From positions 101,060,001 through 101,124,000 of the forward strand of contig JBITNC010000001.1 in assembly GCA_050084985.1 (NCBI GenBank): a stretch of 64,000 nt of DNA. Reading direction: 5' to 3'. Within the stretch, counting starts at the first letter, position 1. Every line of letters starts with the position of its first letter. The stretch comes from Nageia nagi (lineage: Eukaryota; Plantae; Pinophyta). Both the position numbers and the translations under genes were made by a program. The notes beneath the pieces are model-generated. The model was not told where the DNA came from, did not search any database, and saw only the letters and a program-made list of their open reading frames with translations. Of this stretch, positions 53,001-61,547 are shown one piece after another.

Positions 53001-56000
53001 AATCTACCCTGGAATTACACAAAAGAAGTCCCTAAGAATGGGAGACTACCCCACAAGCTGAAATATGCAAATACTAAAATAATCTCCACACTAGGGTTCC
53101 AAACCCTCAGATCTGCTGCAATCTGGAATTGCTGAAATCTGAAACTGAAATCTCAATAAGCTCTAATGTGAATCCTGAGGTAGATTCACTCTCTAAGACT
53201 CAAGGGTTTAATCCTCAAGTCTCAACACCAAGAGGTTGCCTTCCTCTATTCTCACTCCTGTAGTTGGTCTTTTACAAGAGGAATAGAAGATTGTTGACCC
53301 AACAATATTCTTCAAGAGTTCAAGTAATAATAATCCAAGATAACCTAGTGAGGAGTGTCACTCCCTTTTATAGCCCAACATCACTTTTAGGGTTCTCAAA
53401 TCTTATCTTAAGTCACTTTATAATCTCATTTTAAGTCATCTTTATATTTCCACATTGAGATACCTTTATTAACTAATAGCATTAAAAATGCCTTATTTTC
53501 ACTTAAAGCACTTATATGCACCAAAAAGGGGAAGGTCCCACTTCACTTTATAAAAATAAATCACTAATGTTCTTTAAGGGAAAGAGCGTCAAAAAGGGGA
53601 CATTACAATGTGTTTGTCTCCAATGACAATTATTGATGATTTTAATTGGATGTGTCTGTCTCCAATAAAAACTATTGTGAATAGATGTGTGTTTTTGTTT
53701 ACAACTTTGATGTTGGATAGATGTGTTTGTCCCTATCTAATTATGTTGTATGACCATAAATAAAAGTGTCTATTCCTATTGTTGGCTTCATGATTAGTGT
53801 ATGTGTCGCTATCCAATTGTTTATGGTTGGTTGTGTGTGTCCTTGTTCACAACTTTGTTATTTGAATGGCATATGTGTTCCTATCCAATTATATTAAAGA
53901 ATCATGGATTGTTCAGTGTGTCCCTATCCATGTTTAAATCAAAATGTCCAATAAGGTCAATCCTACTAAAGAAGCGTACTGAGAGTAGTTCCATTATTTA
54001 TCATCATGAATAGATGTGTATGTCCCTATTCATACCTGATGTATTGATGAACTATTATGTTCATCAAATAGTTATTAGCGATCTAATCCCCGTTTAAATA
54101 ATGATTTAATAAGGGGGGTGTTAGAGATTTATTACATCATTGTAACATAATAGAGTCAATATTAGTTGAGTGTTTAGAACCACTCAAGTTGGTAGAGATT
54201 GTGTGAGTTGTTTGAATTTATTCGTAATTTCATAGGTGTCATGTGAAGTGTTAGTTAAGACAACCATGTTGGTTGTGCTCAACAAACTCTTTCTTCTATA
54301 AATAAAAACATATAACCTAATGAATATATTACATTGTGAATTCTTATAGGGCATACCCCCACATGTTATTTTCATCATTTCAACGGTATGGTAATAACCA
54401 TCCATATGTTCTCTCTTGGTAGATATTACTATATACATATCATTCAAACAGTTTATGGAATTCAATAAGAGAAACCCTGAACAAACTGATTCAAAAATGG
54501 AAAGAAGTTCATACCTTCAAACCATTTTGTGGCTGCTGCAACAATATGTTCAACAACAGAAGGTGATATATCATGCTTGCAAAAATGTACACTCGGATTA
54601 TACTAACGGTATTGTCCAATTTGTTTCAGGAAACACATTGATACAGGTGCTGTCTCTTTTCTGGTCAGAGCAATCATACGTGAAGGTAGTTTTCCATAAT
54701 CTCTAAGCCCATGTATGCATTGGTGCATAATCTATGCCCATATGATAATTCTAGAAGCAAGATGGTTTTGAACTTGTGATTGTTTATGTTTCACACTGAA
54801 TGAATGATAAACCTGTTGTATGCCCTGCATCTGCCTTTGATACGGGGAAAATAGTCAGTTTAGCTAAATTTTAGCATTTTAATATTTTCATCAAAACCAT
54901 CGTAATGAGACTTTGAGTATCTTTCAAATCAAGCCATACCAAACAAGTCCGGTTGACTATACTCTTTGAGTCTTTCTAAAACTGTGAGTCTTGCCAGTCT
55001 TTAAGTGCAACAGGTCCGTATAAGTCAAAGAGGAATAAAAACTTTAAAACCAGGAATAGATTTTGAAATTCCACATAACCCACATGTTTTTTCAATTTTC
55101 AATTAATTATCCATGACGTTAACTATTGTTAACATATGTCACTTAAGTGAACTAATTGAAGAATGTAGAAAAGTAGTATTAATTGTTGTGAAATTTGCTA
55201 AATTCTGCTTGTTCTTCTTAGATGGATCTCTTCGGAGGCTCTTCACAAAATCCTGGAATAAAACACAGCCCTAGCGAATCCTGATCTCAACACTATGATT
55301 AAAACGATGAATCTAATAATGTTAGAGCTGGAAATATACATGATAGCATTCGGAGGTCTATTTTTTAATAGCGAGGAGCATTTAGAAAGGCCTGATCAAC
55401 AATAAGACATGTTGCAGCCTAAGACCACACGAAATATTATCGCAAGCTTTATTAATTCACTGGGATGATTTCTTCTTAGTTCTGTTTATTTTATGAGCAT
55501 TCGAGGATCAAATAAAAAGACGGATTCATGTACAGCACATCCTGTGCACCCATTTCTATTAATAATGAAAAGATTTGTTGGGTTTACACCATTTGGTTAA
55601 GAAGCAACAAGGGCGAGTATAAAGGAATGTAATTACCTCAATTCTGGACATGCCATCTCCAAGGAAAGCACATGCGTTCTTCACATGAGCTATGTAATAT
55701 GTATCACATAATCCACATTGGCTGCCATTGCCGGATCATGTCAATTTGTCAGAAATGGTGTTTGTCTAATCATTTTGTATCTATTTGGACGCAAAGGAAA
55801 AGTAAATGTAAGAAAGAGTGTAAAGAACCTGCAATGATCTTTGGCAGGATAAACGCTGCCAGGGCGAATGGGTTTCGATTTCTTTCTCCAATCATCCCTC
55901 ACAGGAATCTCTGTCATAAGAACAAATAAATACTTACAAAATCTCAAAACAAATTCAGCTTACAAGTAAAGAGAAAATTTGGAATTCAGAGAAAAGAGAC

Positions 56001-56067
56001 CCTTTGAAGAAGATGTTGAGGAGCATCGGAGTGTGAAAGAGAAGGACGTGGCAAAGGCCATGGCCAT
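8021..56067 (-). CDS. HCAR: 7-hydroxymethyl chlorophyll a reductase (chloroplast), spliced CDS, exons 1-13; 3' exons lie outside the window. Exons: 56001-56067, 55829-55910, 55637-55721, 46226-46337, 15792-15876, 15595-15636, 15197-15275, 14909-14960, 14754-14816, 14386-14483, 9014-9049, 8809-8870, 8021-8048
   Basis: Manual splicing gives [297 protein letters not shown]. This is colinear with plant HCAR (FrhB-family Fe-S/FAD protein; CSQCGLC, GCQVQA, GTNC, SCYSCFDY motifs). All 12 complete introns are GT-AG with matching phases. Confidence 0.97.
8809..8870 (-). CDS. HCAR: HCAR exon 12
   Basis: AAGCAG|GTT...TAC AG|GTAGC; [20 protein letters not shown]. Confidence 0.96.
9014..9049 (-). CDS. 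HCAR: HCAR exon 11 (36-nt microexon)
   Basis: TTCAG|GTT...GAG|GTGGAC; [12 protein letters not shown]. Confidence 0.95.
9203..10383 (-). mobile_element. Solo LTR (gypsy family shared with 38801, 43245 and 58311)
   Basis: TGTGATG...ATTACA termini; TSD CATAT/CATAC (4/5); shares TGTGATGATCCAAAAT end and GGA(T/G)CCAACTAG block with the other copies. Confidence 0.8.
11430..12016 (+). mobile_element. Internally deleted copia RT/RNaseH remnant
   Basis: EPSSFK...[12 protein letters not shown] (start of RT) joined almost directly to [31 protein letters not shown]...[13 protein letters not shown] (copia RNaseH). Confidence 0.8.
14386..14483 (-). CDS. HCAR: HCAR exon 10
   Basis: TGTAG|TG GAC...TAC AAG|GTGTTC; [33 protein letters not shown] (inside track ORF 14290-14520). 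Confidence 0.96.
14754..14816 (-). CDS. HCAR: HCAR exon 9
   Basis: TTGCAG|CA TTG...TGT G|GTAAG; [21 protein letters not shown]. Confidence 0.96.
14909..14960 (-). CDS. HCAR: HCAR exon 8
   Basis: TTCTAG|GCA...CAA G|GTGGTT; [17 protein letters not shown]. Confidence 0.96.
15197..15275 (-). CDS. HCAR: HCAR exon 7
   Basis: GATAG|G ACA...GTT GAG|GTACTT; [27 protein letters not shown]. Confidence 0.96.
15595..15636 (-). CDS. HCAR: HCAR exon 6
   Basis: GTGCAG|T GAT...GCT AG|GTAAGT; [14 protein letters not shown]. Confidence 0.95.
15792..15876 (-). CDS. HCAR: HCAR exon 5
   Basis: TTCTAG|GA GCA...CAA AG|GTACTT; [28 protein letters not shown]. Confidence 0.96.
16230..16600 (+). mobile_element. L1-type LINE RNaseH remnant
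   Basis: W..P...[15 protein letters not shown]...NADWLAYLG resembles the plant L1 RNH motif (NFDGASxGNPGxAGAG...NxxADWLA). Confidence 0.6.
17150..18074 (-). mobile_element. Copia gag/zinc-knuckle/protease remnant
   Basis: Minus strand: [11 protein letters not shown]...[10 protein letters not shown] (UBN2-like), [15 protein letters not shown] (degenerate CCHC), LDS...YMTGNRNSF (protease). Confidence 0.7.
19876..20565 (+). pseudogene. Gypsy reverse transcriptase block (229 aa ORF, truncated before RNaseH)
   Basis: PYRHP...RMCIDYR...[11 protein letters not shown]...MPFGLTNA...FFDDILIY...SKCEF...YLGHVIS; ends at a premature stop. Confidence 0.93.
21640..21980 (+). repeat. Degenerate 30/60-bp tandem array built on CCACGTTGG inside the gypsy element
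   Basis: Two near-identical 60-bp units (TTGGACAGGGCTAGGA.AGCCACGTTTGGT) followed by further CCACGTTGG units. Confidence 0.8.
23511..31480 (+). mobile_element. Decayed Ogre/Tat/Athila-like gypsy element (partial 5' LTR 23511-23872, 3' LTR about 30670-31480)
   Basis: 23520-23872 aligns by eye with 31050-31480; gag FETFNGE...[14 protein letters not shown]...[16 protein letters not shown]...IQQGPGE at 24450-24740; AAAAGGGGCAA PPT at about 30657-30667. Confidence 0.65.
26070..29519 (+). mobile_element. 5'-truncated gypsy derivative: protease tail, long PPR-like ORF, integrase tail, PPT, LTR (28783-29519)
   Basis: [25 protein letters not shown]...IVLQGI (protease end); ORFs of 247, 207 and 230 aa; terminal [12 protein letters not shown]; PPT GAGGAGGGTGGA; LTR TGTAATG...CATTACA with TATAAAAGGG. 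Confidence 0.8.
34460..36100 (+). mobile_element. CRM-like gypsy gag/protease remnant
   Basis: ORF 34834-35478 retrotransposon gag ([19 protein letters not shown]...F); protease [14 protein letters not shown]...PHPH. Confidence 0.75.
36200..36540 (+). mobile_element. L1 ORF1 remnant (DUF4283/zinc knuckle)
   Basis: IWINLYAL...[10 protein letters not shown]...[22 protein letters not shown]. Confidence 0.7.
36552..36800 (+). mobile_element. 5' fragment of a gypsy LTR (same family as 18080 and 43245)
   Basis: Starts TGTGATGTCCC; contains the family block CCCACTATGAGCCC..GTGGGACGTCTCCCTCCCAAG; right boundary unclear. Confidence 0.6.
38150..40530 (+). pseudogene. PLS/E-class pentatricopeptide-repeat pseudogene, antisense within HCAR intron 4, split by a solo LTR
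   Basis: [18 protein letters not shown]; [19 protein letters not shown]; YAQNG; [13 protein letters not shown]; [11 protein letters not shown]; E-domain-like [22 protein letters not shown]. Many stops and frameshifts, no introns seen. Confidence 0.82.
38801..39854 (-). mobile_element. Solo LTR inserted in the PPR pseudogene
   Basis: TGTAATATCCC...GGGATGCTACA termini; perfect TSD GACAT (38796-800 and 39855-59); homologous in reverse to the LTR at 43245. Confidence 0.9.
40546..40934 (-). mobile_element. Short solo LTR (copia-like, 389 bp)
   Basis: Terminal inverted TGTTAGGA...TCCTAACA; TSD TGGTA/TGGTT; TATAAATA on the minus strand. Confidence 0.75.
41152..41211. repeat. Perfect 30-bp tandem duplication
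   Basis: AACAGATTTTATTTCAATTTTATTGTGTTC x2. Confidence 0.9.
43150..45250 (+). mobile_element. CRM-like integrase remnant (interrupted by the 43245 solo LTR) with PPT
   Basis: [14 protein letters not shown]|VPSLRIY...[13 protein letters not shown]...FEVC; [13 protein letters not shown]...[25 protein letters not shown]; GGGAGGAATAA-TG at about 45236-45248. Confidence 0.75.
43245..44455 (+). mobile_element. Solo LTR inserted into a gypsy integrase
   Basis: TGTGAAGTCCC...GGATCCTTACA; perfect TSD ACTTT (43240-44 and 44456-60); about 30-bp CCCCACGTTGG-type repeats in U3. Confidence 0.9.
46226..46337 (-). CDS. HCAR: HCAR exon 4 (isolated between the 9.3 kb and 30.3 kb introns)
   Basis: TTACAG|GTC CTA...GAA G|GTATAT; [37 protein letters not shown]. 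Confidence 0.96.
48770..49190. repeat. About 190-bp diverged tandem duplication with 28-bp subrepeats
   Basis: ...CCACATAAACCAAATTTTCAAGAT...CCCCTCATGCATTCCTTGCCA...GGTCAA present twice; GCTGAATTTTTAGGTGATTAT repeated three times. Confidence 0.85.
51481..54348 (+). mobile_element. TRIM/LARD-like non-coding LTR element with about 228-bp LTRs
   Basis: LTRs 51481-51707 and 54119-54348 (TTAGAGATTTATTACATCATTG...); degenerate PBS TGTTATCAGAAC at 51708; PPT AAGGGGGG before 54119; TSD GGGCA on both sides; no coding motifs seen. Confidence 0.82.
52610..53607 (-). mobile_element. Solo LTR nested in the TRIM-like element
   Basis: TGTAAT...ATTACA termini; TSD ATGTC/ATGTG; GCTATAAAAGGG on the minus strand. 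Confidence 0.75.
55637..55721 (-). CDS. HCAR: HCAR exon 3 (Fe-S cysteine cluster)
   Basis: GGCAG|C CAA TGT...ATT GAG|GTAATT; [29 protein letters not shown]. Confidence 0.96.
55829..55910 (-). CDS. HCAR: HCAR exon 2
   Basis: GACAG|AG ATT...CAT TGC AG|GTTCTT; [27 protein letters not shown]. Confidence 0.95.
56001..56067 (-). CDS. HCAR: HCAR exon 1 (Ser/Thr-rich plastid transit peptide)
   Basis: ATG GCC ATG GCC...TCA AAG G|GTCTCT; [22 protein letters not shown]; phase 1 joins exon 2 in frame. Confidence 0.85.
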
Positions 56068-56123
56068 GAGCTTCTGTACAGAGGGAGAGGTAATGTGTAT
56101 CAATCAGGTTTGAATGGGTAAAG

Positions 56124-56130
56124 TTATATA
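56124..56130 (-). promoter_or_regulatory. Candidate TATA box of HCAR
   Basis: TATATAA on the minus strand about 57 nt upstream of the ATG, followed by a pyrimidine-rich leader. Confidence 0.45.
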
Positions 56131-56179
56131 TGGTTTAAAGGACGTTAAAAAAATATCATTCATTTTATTTAGAATGCTT

Positions 56180-56558
56180 AAATACTTGGCACAATCATTT
56201 AAATTATCATTTATAAAAATTAAATAATTTTTTTAATATATTTTGTATTGATAATATATTAAAAAAATTAATGAATAAAAGAAATATGTCTATTTCTACC
56301 GTCAACCTCCACTCTCCATCACTTTACCTAGGTATTATTTGAAGTCACCTTTTAATTTACACCTTCTCCACCAATATACATTTTATTTATTACATCACAA
56401 CCTTGTGACATCTCCAATATAGTTTATATCCATTTCATTTCATTCTATAGTAGATATATATATTAACATAAAAATTTACAGATAACATGTATATTAAATA
56501 TATGGCCCTTAACTTAAGTCAATTATTGTTTCATACATATGAATATCACTGAAACAAA

Positions 56559-56611
<53 letters not shown>

Positions 56612-58125
56612 CATTGCAGCTACAGTTGCATACTTGAATGACCTCAAAATCAACATGGTGTTGTAGCTACAATCCAAATGACTTAAATTCAACATTTTAT
56701 GTATAGTAGTCCCCTCTCGATCATCAAAAGAATATAATGTATTTAGTATTAATATTTTGTACATCGAAGTGAATGTATTTAAATTTAGAGCCATAATCGA
56801 GGGGTATTCATTTCGTCAAATTTCACCAAGGGTACAATCTCGACCTCGTTCGCACCCACCATTAACTCAATAGGACTTTTGGTATGTTTCAACTTTTAGG
56901 GACAAAGAGTTTTAAATCTGGGCCTCCCGTATTCTAGAGCTTTGAACTACCCACCTCTTTAACTCCCCTATCCGTCAATTCATATTTTAAATATATTTTT
57001 AAAATGTTGAGTGCTATTAATTTAAAGGTATGTATTTTATCACAGATTGATATGCTACTCATTGGTCATGTCTTCCTTCAAACATGTGGAAACATAATGT
57101 CTAGGGGACTAAGATTACGACAGACATTAATGAGCAGTCTAGGGAGCCTTTGGCCTCCACACTGCTTACCAATCCTCCTCCCAATGAGAAGTGTTAAATG
57201 CATTTGATAGTTGTTGGTAGTGGTCAGTTTTAGTTCGATGTATGATTTTAATGCTTGTTGGTATTGTTGGTGGTGGTGGTACTTGGCTTTTTTATTCTTA
57301 GCCAGATGTAGTGGGTGGTTATGTTGTTTTCTTTCTTGCCTTATCTTTGGCCCTATGGATGGCAGCTTTCCTTTTTTGGACATTAGAAGTTTCTAGTTTT
57401 ACACAATGCACTCGAGGTGTGACATATTCAACCTAGTTCTCTTTTGTATGATTTTGTTTTATTAATACAAAGGCAAATCATTCAAAAAAAATATGATTAA
57501 AATTATTAATAAGTATACAAATCATGAAATTTTAAAATACTTAATGAACAAAAAAAGTATCTTAAATTACTGATTAATTATCATAAAATAGCATTTCTAT
57601 TAGTAATTTATCTACATGTCTATATATATAATTTAATTATTAAATGATCATGCAAACCACAAAAATTTAAAATACTTTAATACTTTGTACAATCATTTAA
57701 ATTATCATTTACAAAAAATTAAATAATCTATTTTAAATATCATTTGTATTGATAATATATTAAAAAAATTAAAATTAAAATAAAAGAATTATATTCTATG
57801 ATTATAAAGAGCATATAATTTATTACATATAATTTTTTAATTATAATTAAATGAATACTATACTTATTAAACTAATATTGGATAATGTTGATTATTATTA
57901 GCATTTTAGTCTTTACATGTGACGTTGTGATAGATGTATCTACCTCTACTCTTCATCTCTTTAGCCCATGTATTATTTGAAGTCACCTTCAGTTACATTC
58001 TCTCCATGAATATACATTGTATTCTTTACACTACAACCCTATAATATCTCAAATATACATTATATATATTTTATTTTATTATGAGCTCACATAAAAATTT
58101 ACAAACATGTATATGAAATATATTG
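56180..58125. repeat. Diverged direct repeat in the HCAR upstream region (about 56180-56505 and 57680-58125)
   Basis: Shared blocks ACAATCATTTAAATTATCATTTA, TTTGTATTGATAATATATTAAAAAA, GTATTATTTGAAGTCACCTT, ACATAAAAATTT. Confidence 0.75.
56563..56610. repeat. (TA)24 microsatellite about 0.5 kb upstream of HCAR
   Basis: Direct reading. Confidence 0.97.
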
Positions 58126-58310
58126 CATTGGGGAAGGCTATCCTCCCACCAAATTTAGAACATACCCTAGGCATTTATGATCTTTGGGTTGTGTACAAAA
58201 TTGATTGGAAATTAATGGAATAAGCTTAGATTAGTAATGGGTAATTGAATATGGCTAACTTTGGCCCTGATTTGTCTAGCTTGATCAATTTTGGCCGATT
58301 TGAGGTATAA

Positions 58311-61300
58311 TGTGATGATCCAAAATCAAAACTTAAGCTCAAACTAGCAATTTTGGACCATCAAGCCCCAACATCAAGTCTAGGCATCACATACAAGTCA
58401 ATAAACTCTCAAGCATGTAATGTTAGGGTTAGGACATCAAGATTACACATTATGATACCCAAAATGCTAACATCTAGCATATGTAAGCATATATCAATGA
58501 ATACAATCTCAAAATGCAAATTTTTGACTCATACATGCATAATCCAAACCCTAATACATTAAAGTACTATTGAATGATAAATACAAGTACGTACAATCAA
58601 TGAGATCCAACGCATGCACATGTATGAGATAATACAACACAATAATTATATTTGAATCCCTCTAGCTATATATAAATGATATATAGTAGATACAATACAA
58701 TACCAAGCCCAGTGGATAGTTGTTCTAAGGAGCCAACTAGGGCACAATAATTTGATATCTTCAATGTTTGACAACTGTGGAACCATAGGATAGATTCACC
58801 CACTCAAACCTCAAATCCTCTCCATTGAAGGAGCCCTCCTTGAACTCTAGCTGATTGACTAAATGGTGGAGGTAAACCCTCAAATTGCCACTAGATGGGA
58901 AAAGGTGCTCCACCAATGTTGTAGATAATTAGGATCCCAATGCCTAACTACCCTCTAAACACTCCACCTAGGAATGGAATGCTTAGCACCATTAAGACTT
59001 TATGTCTAAAGGACTATAGTAAAGTAATGATCACTAATAATTTCTTAGTAATGAAGCTCCAATGTCTATTTACACATCACTTATGTCTGGATCTCACCTA
59101 AGAGTCATCCCAGGCCCATCTAATCCAACGTCAGGTATTTAGGGGGCCAGTTACTTAAAGTGCCAATGTGGGGGTCATGATGACTCATAATGCCATTATG
59201 AGGGTCATGATCACTAATAATACCAACGTGGGGGTATTGGAGTTCTCATGAGCTAACATGGGTTTATGGAACCCTCCCTAGTGTGGTGTTAGCATGCTAG
59301 TGGTCATCCATAATCCTAATGTATAAATGTACCTTGGGATTCCCATAATCTAGGATCTCCATTGCAATACATGCTTAATCTACTACTTAGGAGGGAGACA
59401 TCCCACTTGGGGCTCACAATGGGGTCCATTCGATCCATTAAGTCCCTTATCCTAAGTTACACAATGCAAATGCAAGTACATAAAATAAGTATAGTACAAG
59501 TTGACCAAATTGGTCCACTAAAAGTACAAGGGAGACATCGTAAAGCCTCCCCTCTTGAATTCCTTACTCTCAAGCAATCATAGGAGATCACAACATCCAA
59601 TCTCATAGGCATCCTTTGGAATTATCAATCAAAGCACATGGTGGTGGAATGCAACTTCAATATGCACCATGTCAAATGGTGGTGAGGAGTGGACGGTTGG
59701 AGCTCCATGCTCCGATCTCAATGCAAGTTGCAAACTCTTTGGTTTGTTGTAACTATCACTCCTTAATAGATACTTAGTGATGATCCTTCATAACCATGGA
59801 AGTGCATGCACTCCCAAGCTAAATTATACCTTCAAAAACCTAGAAAAGATAATGGTCAATGAAAAGTAAGTAAAGCCTAAGCTCCACTCAGGTTGTAGTG
59901 GCTTCTCCAAAATCCACTCAAAATCTCCCCAACTCCTCATGGCCAGTATGAGGTATGAAATCACCTCATCCTCCAACTCTTGAAACCTCCATGAATGGAA
60001 TGTAGCCTCCCTTAAGCTCAATGATGAGTGCCCATCATCATGGCACCTCCAATCAATAATCTTGGCCTCCCTAAACCTTAATGTGGAGTGCCCATCACCA
60101 TAAGACCTCCTAGAAACAATCATAGGCTTCCTAATCCTCAATGTGGGACTTCCATTCTCTCATATACCCATCATGGCAAGACAGGCCTCCCATATGCTCA
60201 ATGTGGGATGACTACTCCTCAAACTACCCAACATGGGTGGCAGGATACCTAAATTCCCAACGTGGGATGATAGACCTCTAGTGTACCCAATGTGGGATGG
60301 AAATTCTCTTTAGTATGTAGCATGGGGTGGAAGACCTCTTGTATGCCCAACTTTAGGGTCTTGTATCCTCCTTAGTCCAACTTGGCCCCTCCTAGCTCCT
60401 CAAGCTACAATGTGGTCTCTCCTTTAGCCTCCTCCTTCTATTGACACCACTCAATCACCTCCAAATGCTTATTTTCCACTTATGGATAATCATACCTGAT
60501 ACCTTGTAGAGTGTGTGTCTTACCATCTATTTCAAAACTTATAGTGAGCTTTTGATAGTTGGTATGAATATCCCCCAAGTCAAACAACCACTGAACTCTC
60601 ATAATGATGTGAGGATACCCTTTCAAAGTGTAGATGTAGAAATCCTCCCTCACTACATAGCTTTGCAACCTCAATCCAAATCACTCAATAATGTGGTCAA
60701 CCAAGGTGAGTTTCCCATTGGCATTAGAAACTCAAAATCCCTTAAATGCCTTAGTCTTTAGGTTTTTCTTCTCTACAAAGTCAACATCTATGAAGTTATG
60801 GGATGCTCCAAGATCAATCAACACTATCACATCCTATATACCTACCTATCCCATAATCTTCAAATTCAAATACTTCTTCACCCCATGGAGTGAAGTGATC
60901 ATGCTCCCTAACATGCCCTCAATCTGTGATGATCTTGAATCCTTAATATTAGCTCCCAACTCTAAGTCTAAATCATATGACTCTCTAAGAACACCTTAAT
61001 GTAATGCACCTATCTCTTTCCCAAAACATAGTGCTCAAGCTCCCAAGTCTTCTTGTAGTAGAAGCACTTTCCCTCTTCCCTTGGATTCTTCCATGTATCT
61101 ACATCAAACTAATCTATCTTAGATGGAGTAAGTATCTTATCCTTGCTAGTCCCCTTAGTAAATGGCTTTTGATTAACCGACTTCTTAGATATCGATTCTC
61201 CCCTAAGGGATTTCATGATGGGCTCCAAGTCGTAGGTTGTCTGGATAGAATCATCAAGGCTCCTAAGAGAGGACACCTTGACCATCCCCCTCAAAGGCTT

Positions 61301-61547
61301 CATCAACCCCTCAATGAAGAGGAAAACCAATCTCTCCTTTGAAATATGATGAATCATGATGACTATCCTCTAGAACTCTATCACATACTCATCCACAACT
61401 CTTGACTACCTCAATGCTATAAGATTCTAGAAGTAATCATTTTTCTTTCTTCTGGTCAAATATCTTCACCAACCTCCTAGCAAACTCATCAAATGAGTTT
61501 ATGAGTGAATACCCCTGGTTGATCACTCCATGCTGCCATCACTCTAG
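58311..61547 (-). mobile_element. Gag-protease-only gypsy element (same family as 18080-23505), 3' LTR 58311-59542
   Basis: Gag MIHHISKERLVFLFIEGLMKPLRGMVK; protease [11 protein letters not shown]; [18 protein letters not shown]; in-frame tandem repeats; PPT AAGAGGGGAGG; LTR ends ...GGATCATCACA; no RT seen. Confidence 0.88.

Noticed and set aside
55672-55929. 85-aa plus-strand ORF
   Set aside because: Antisense to HCAR exons 2-3.
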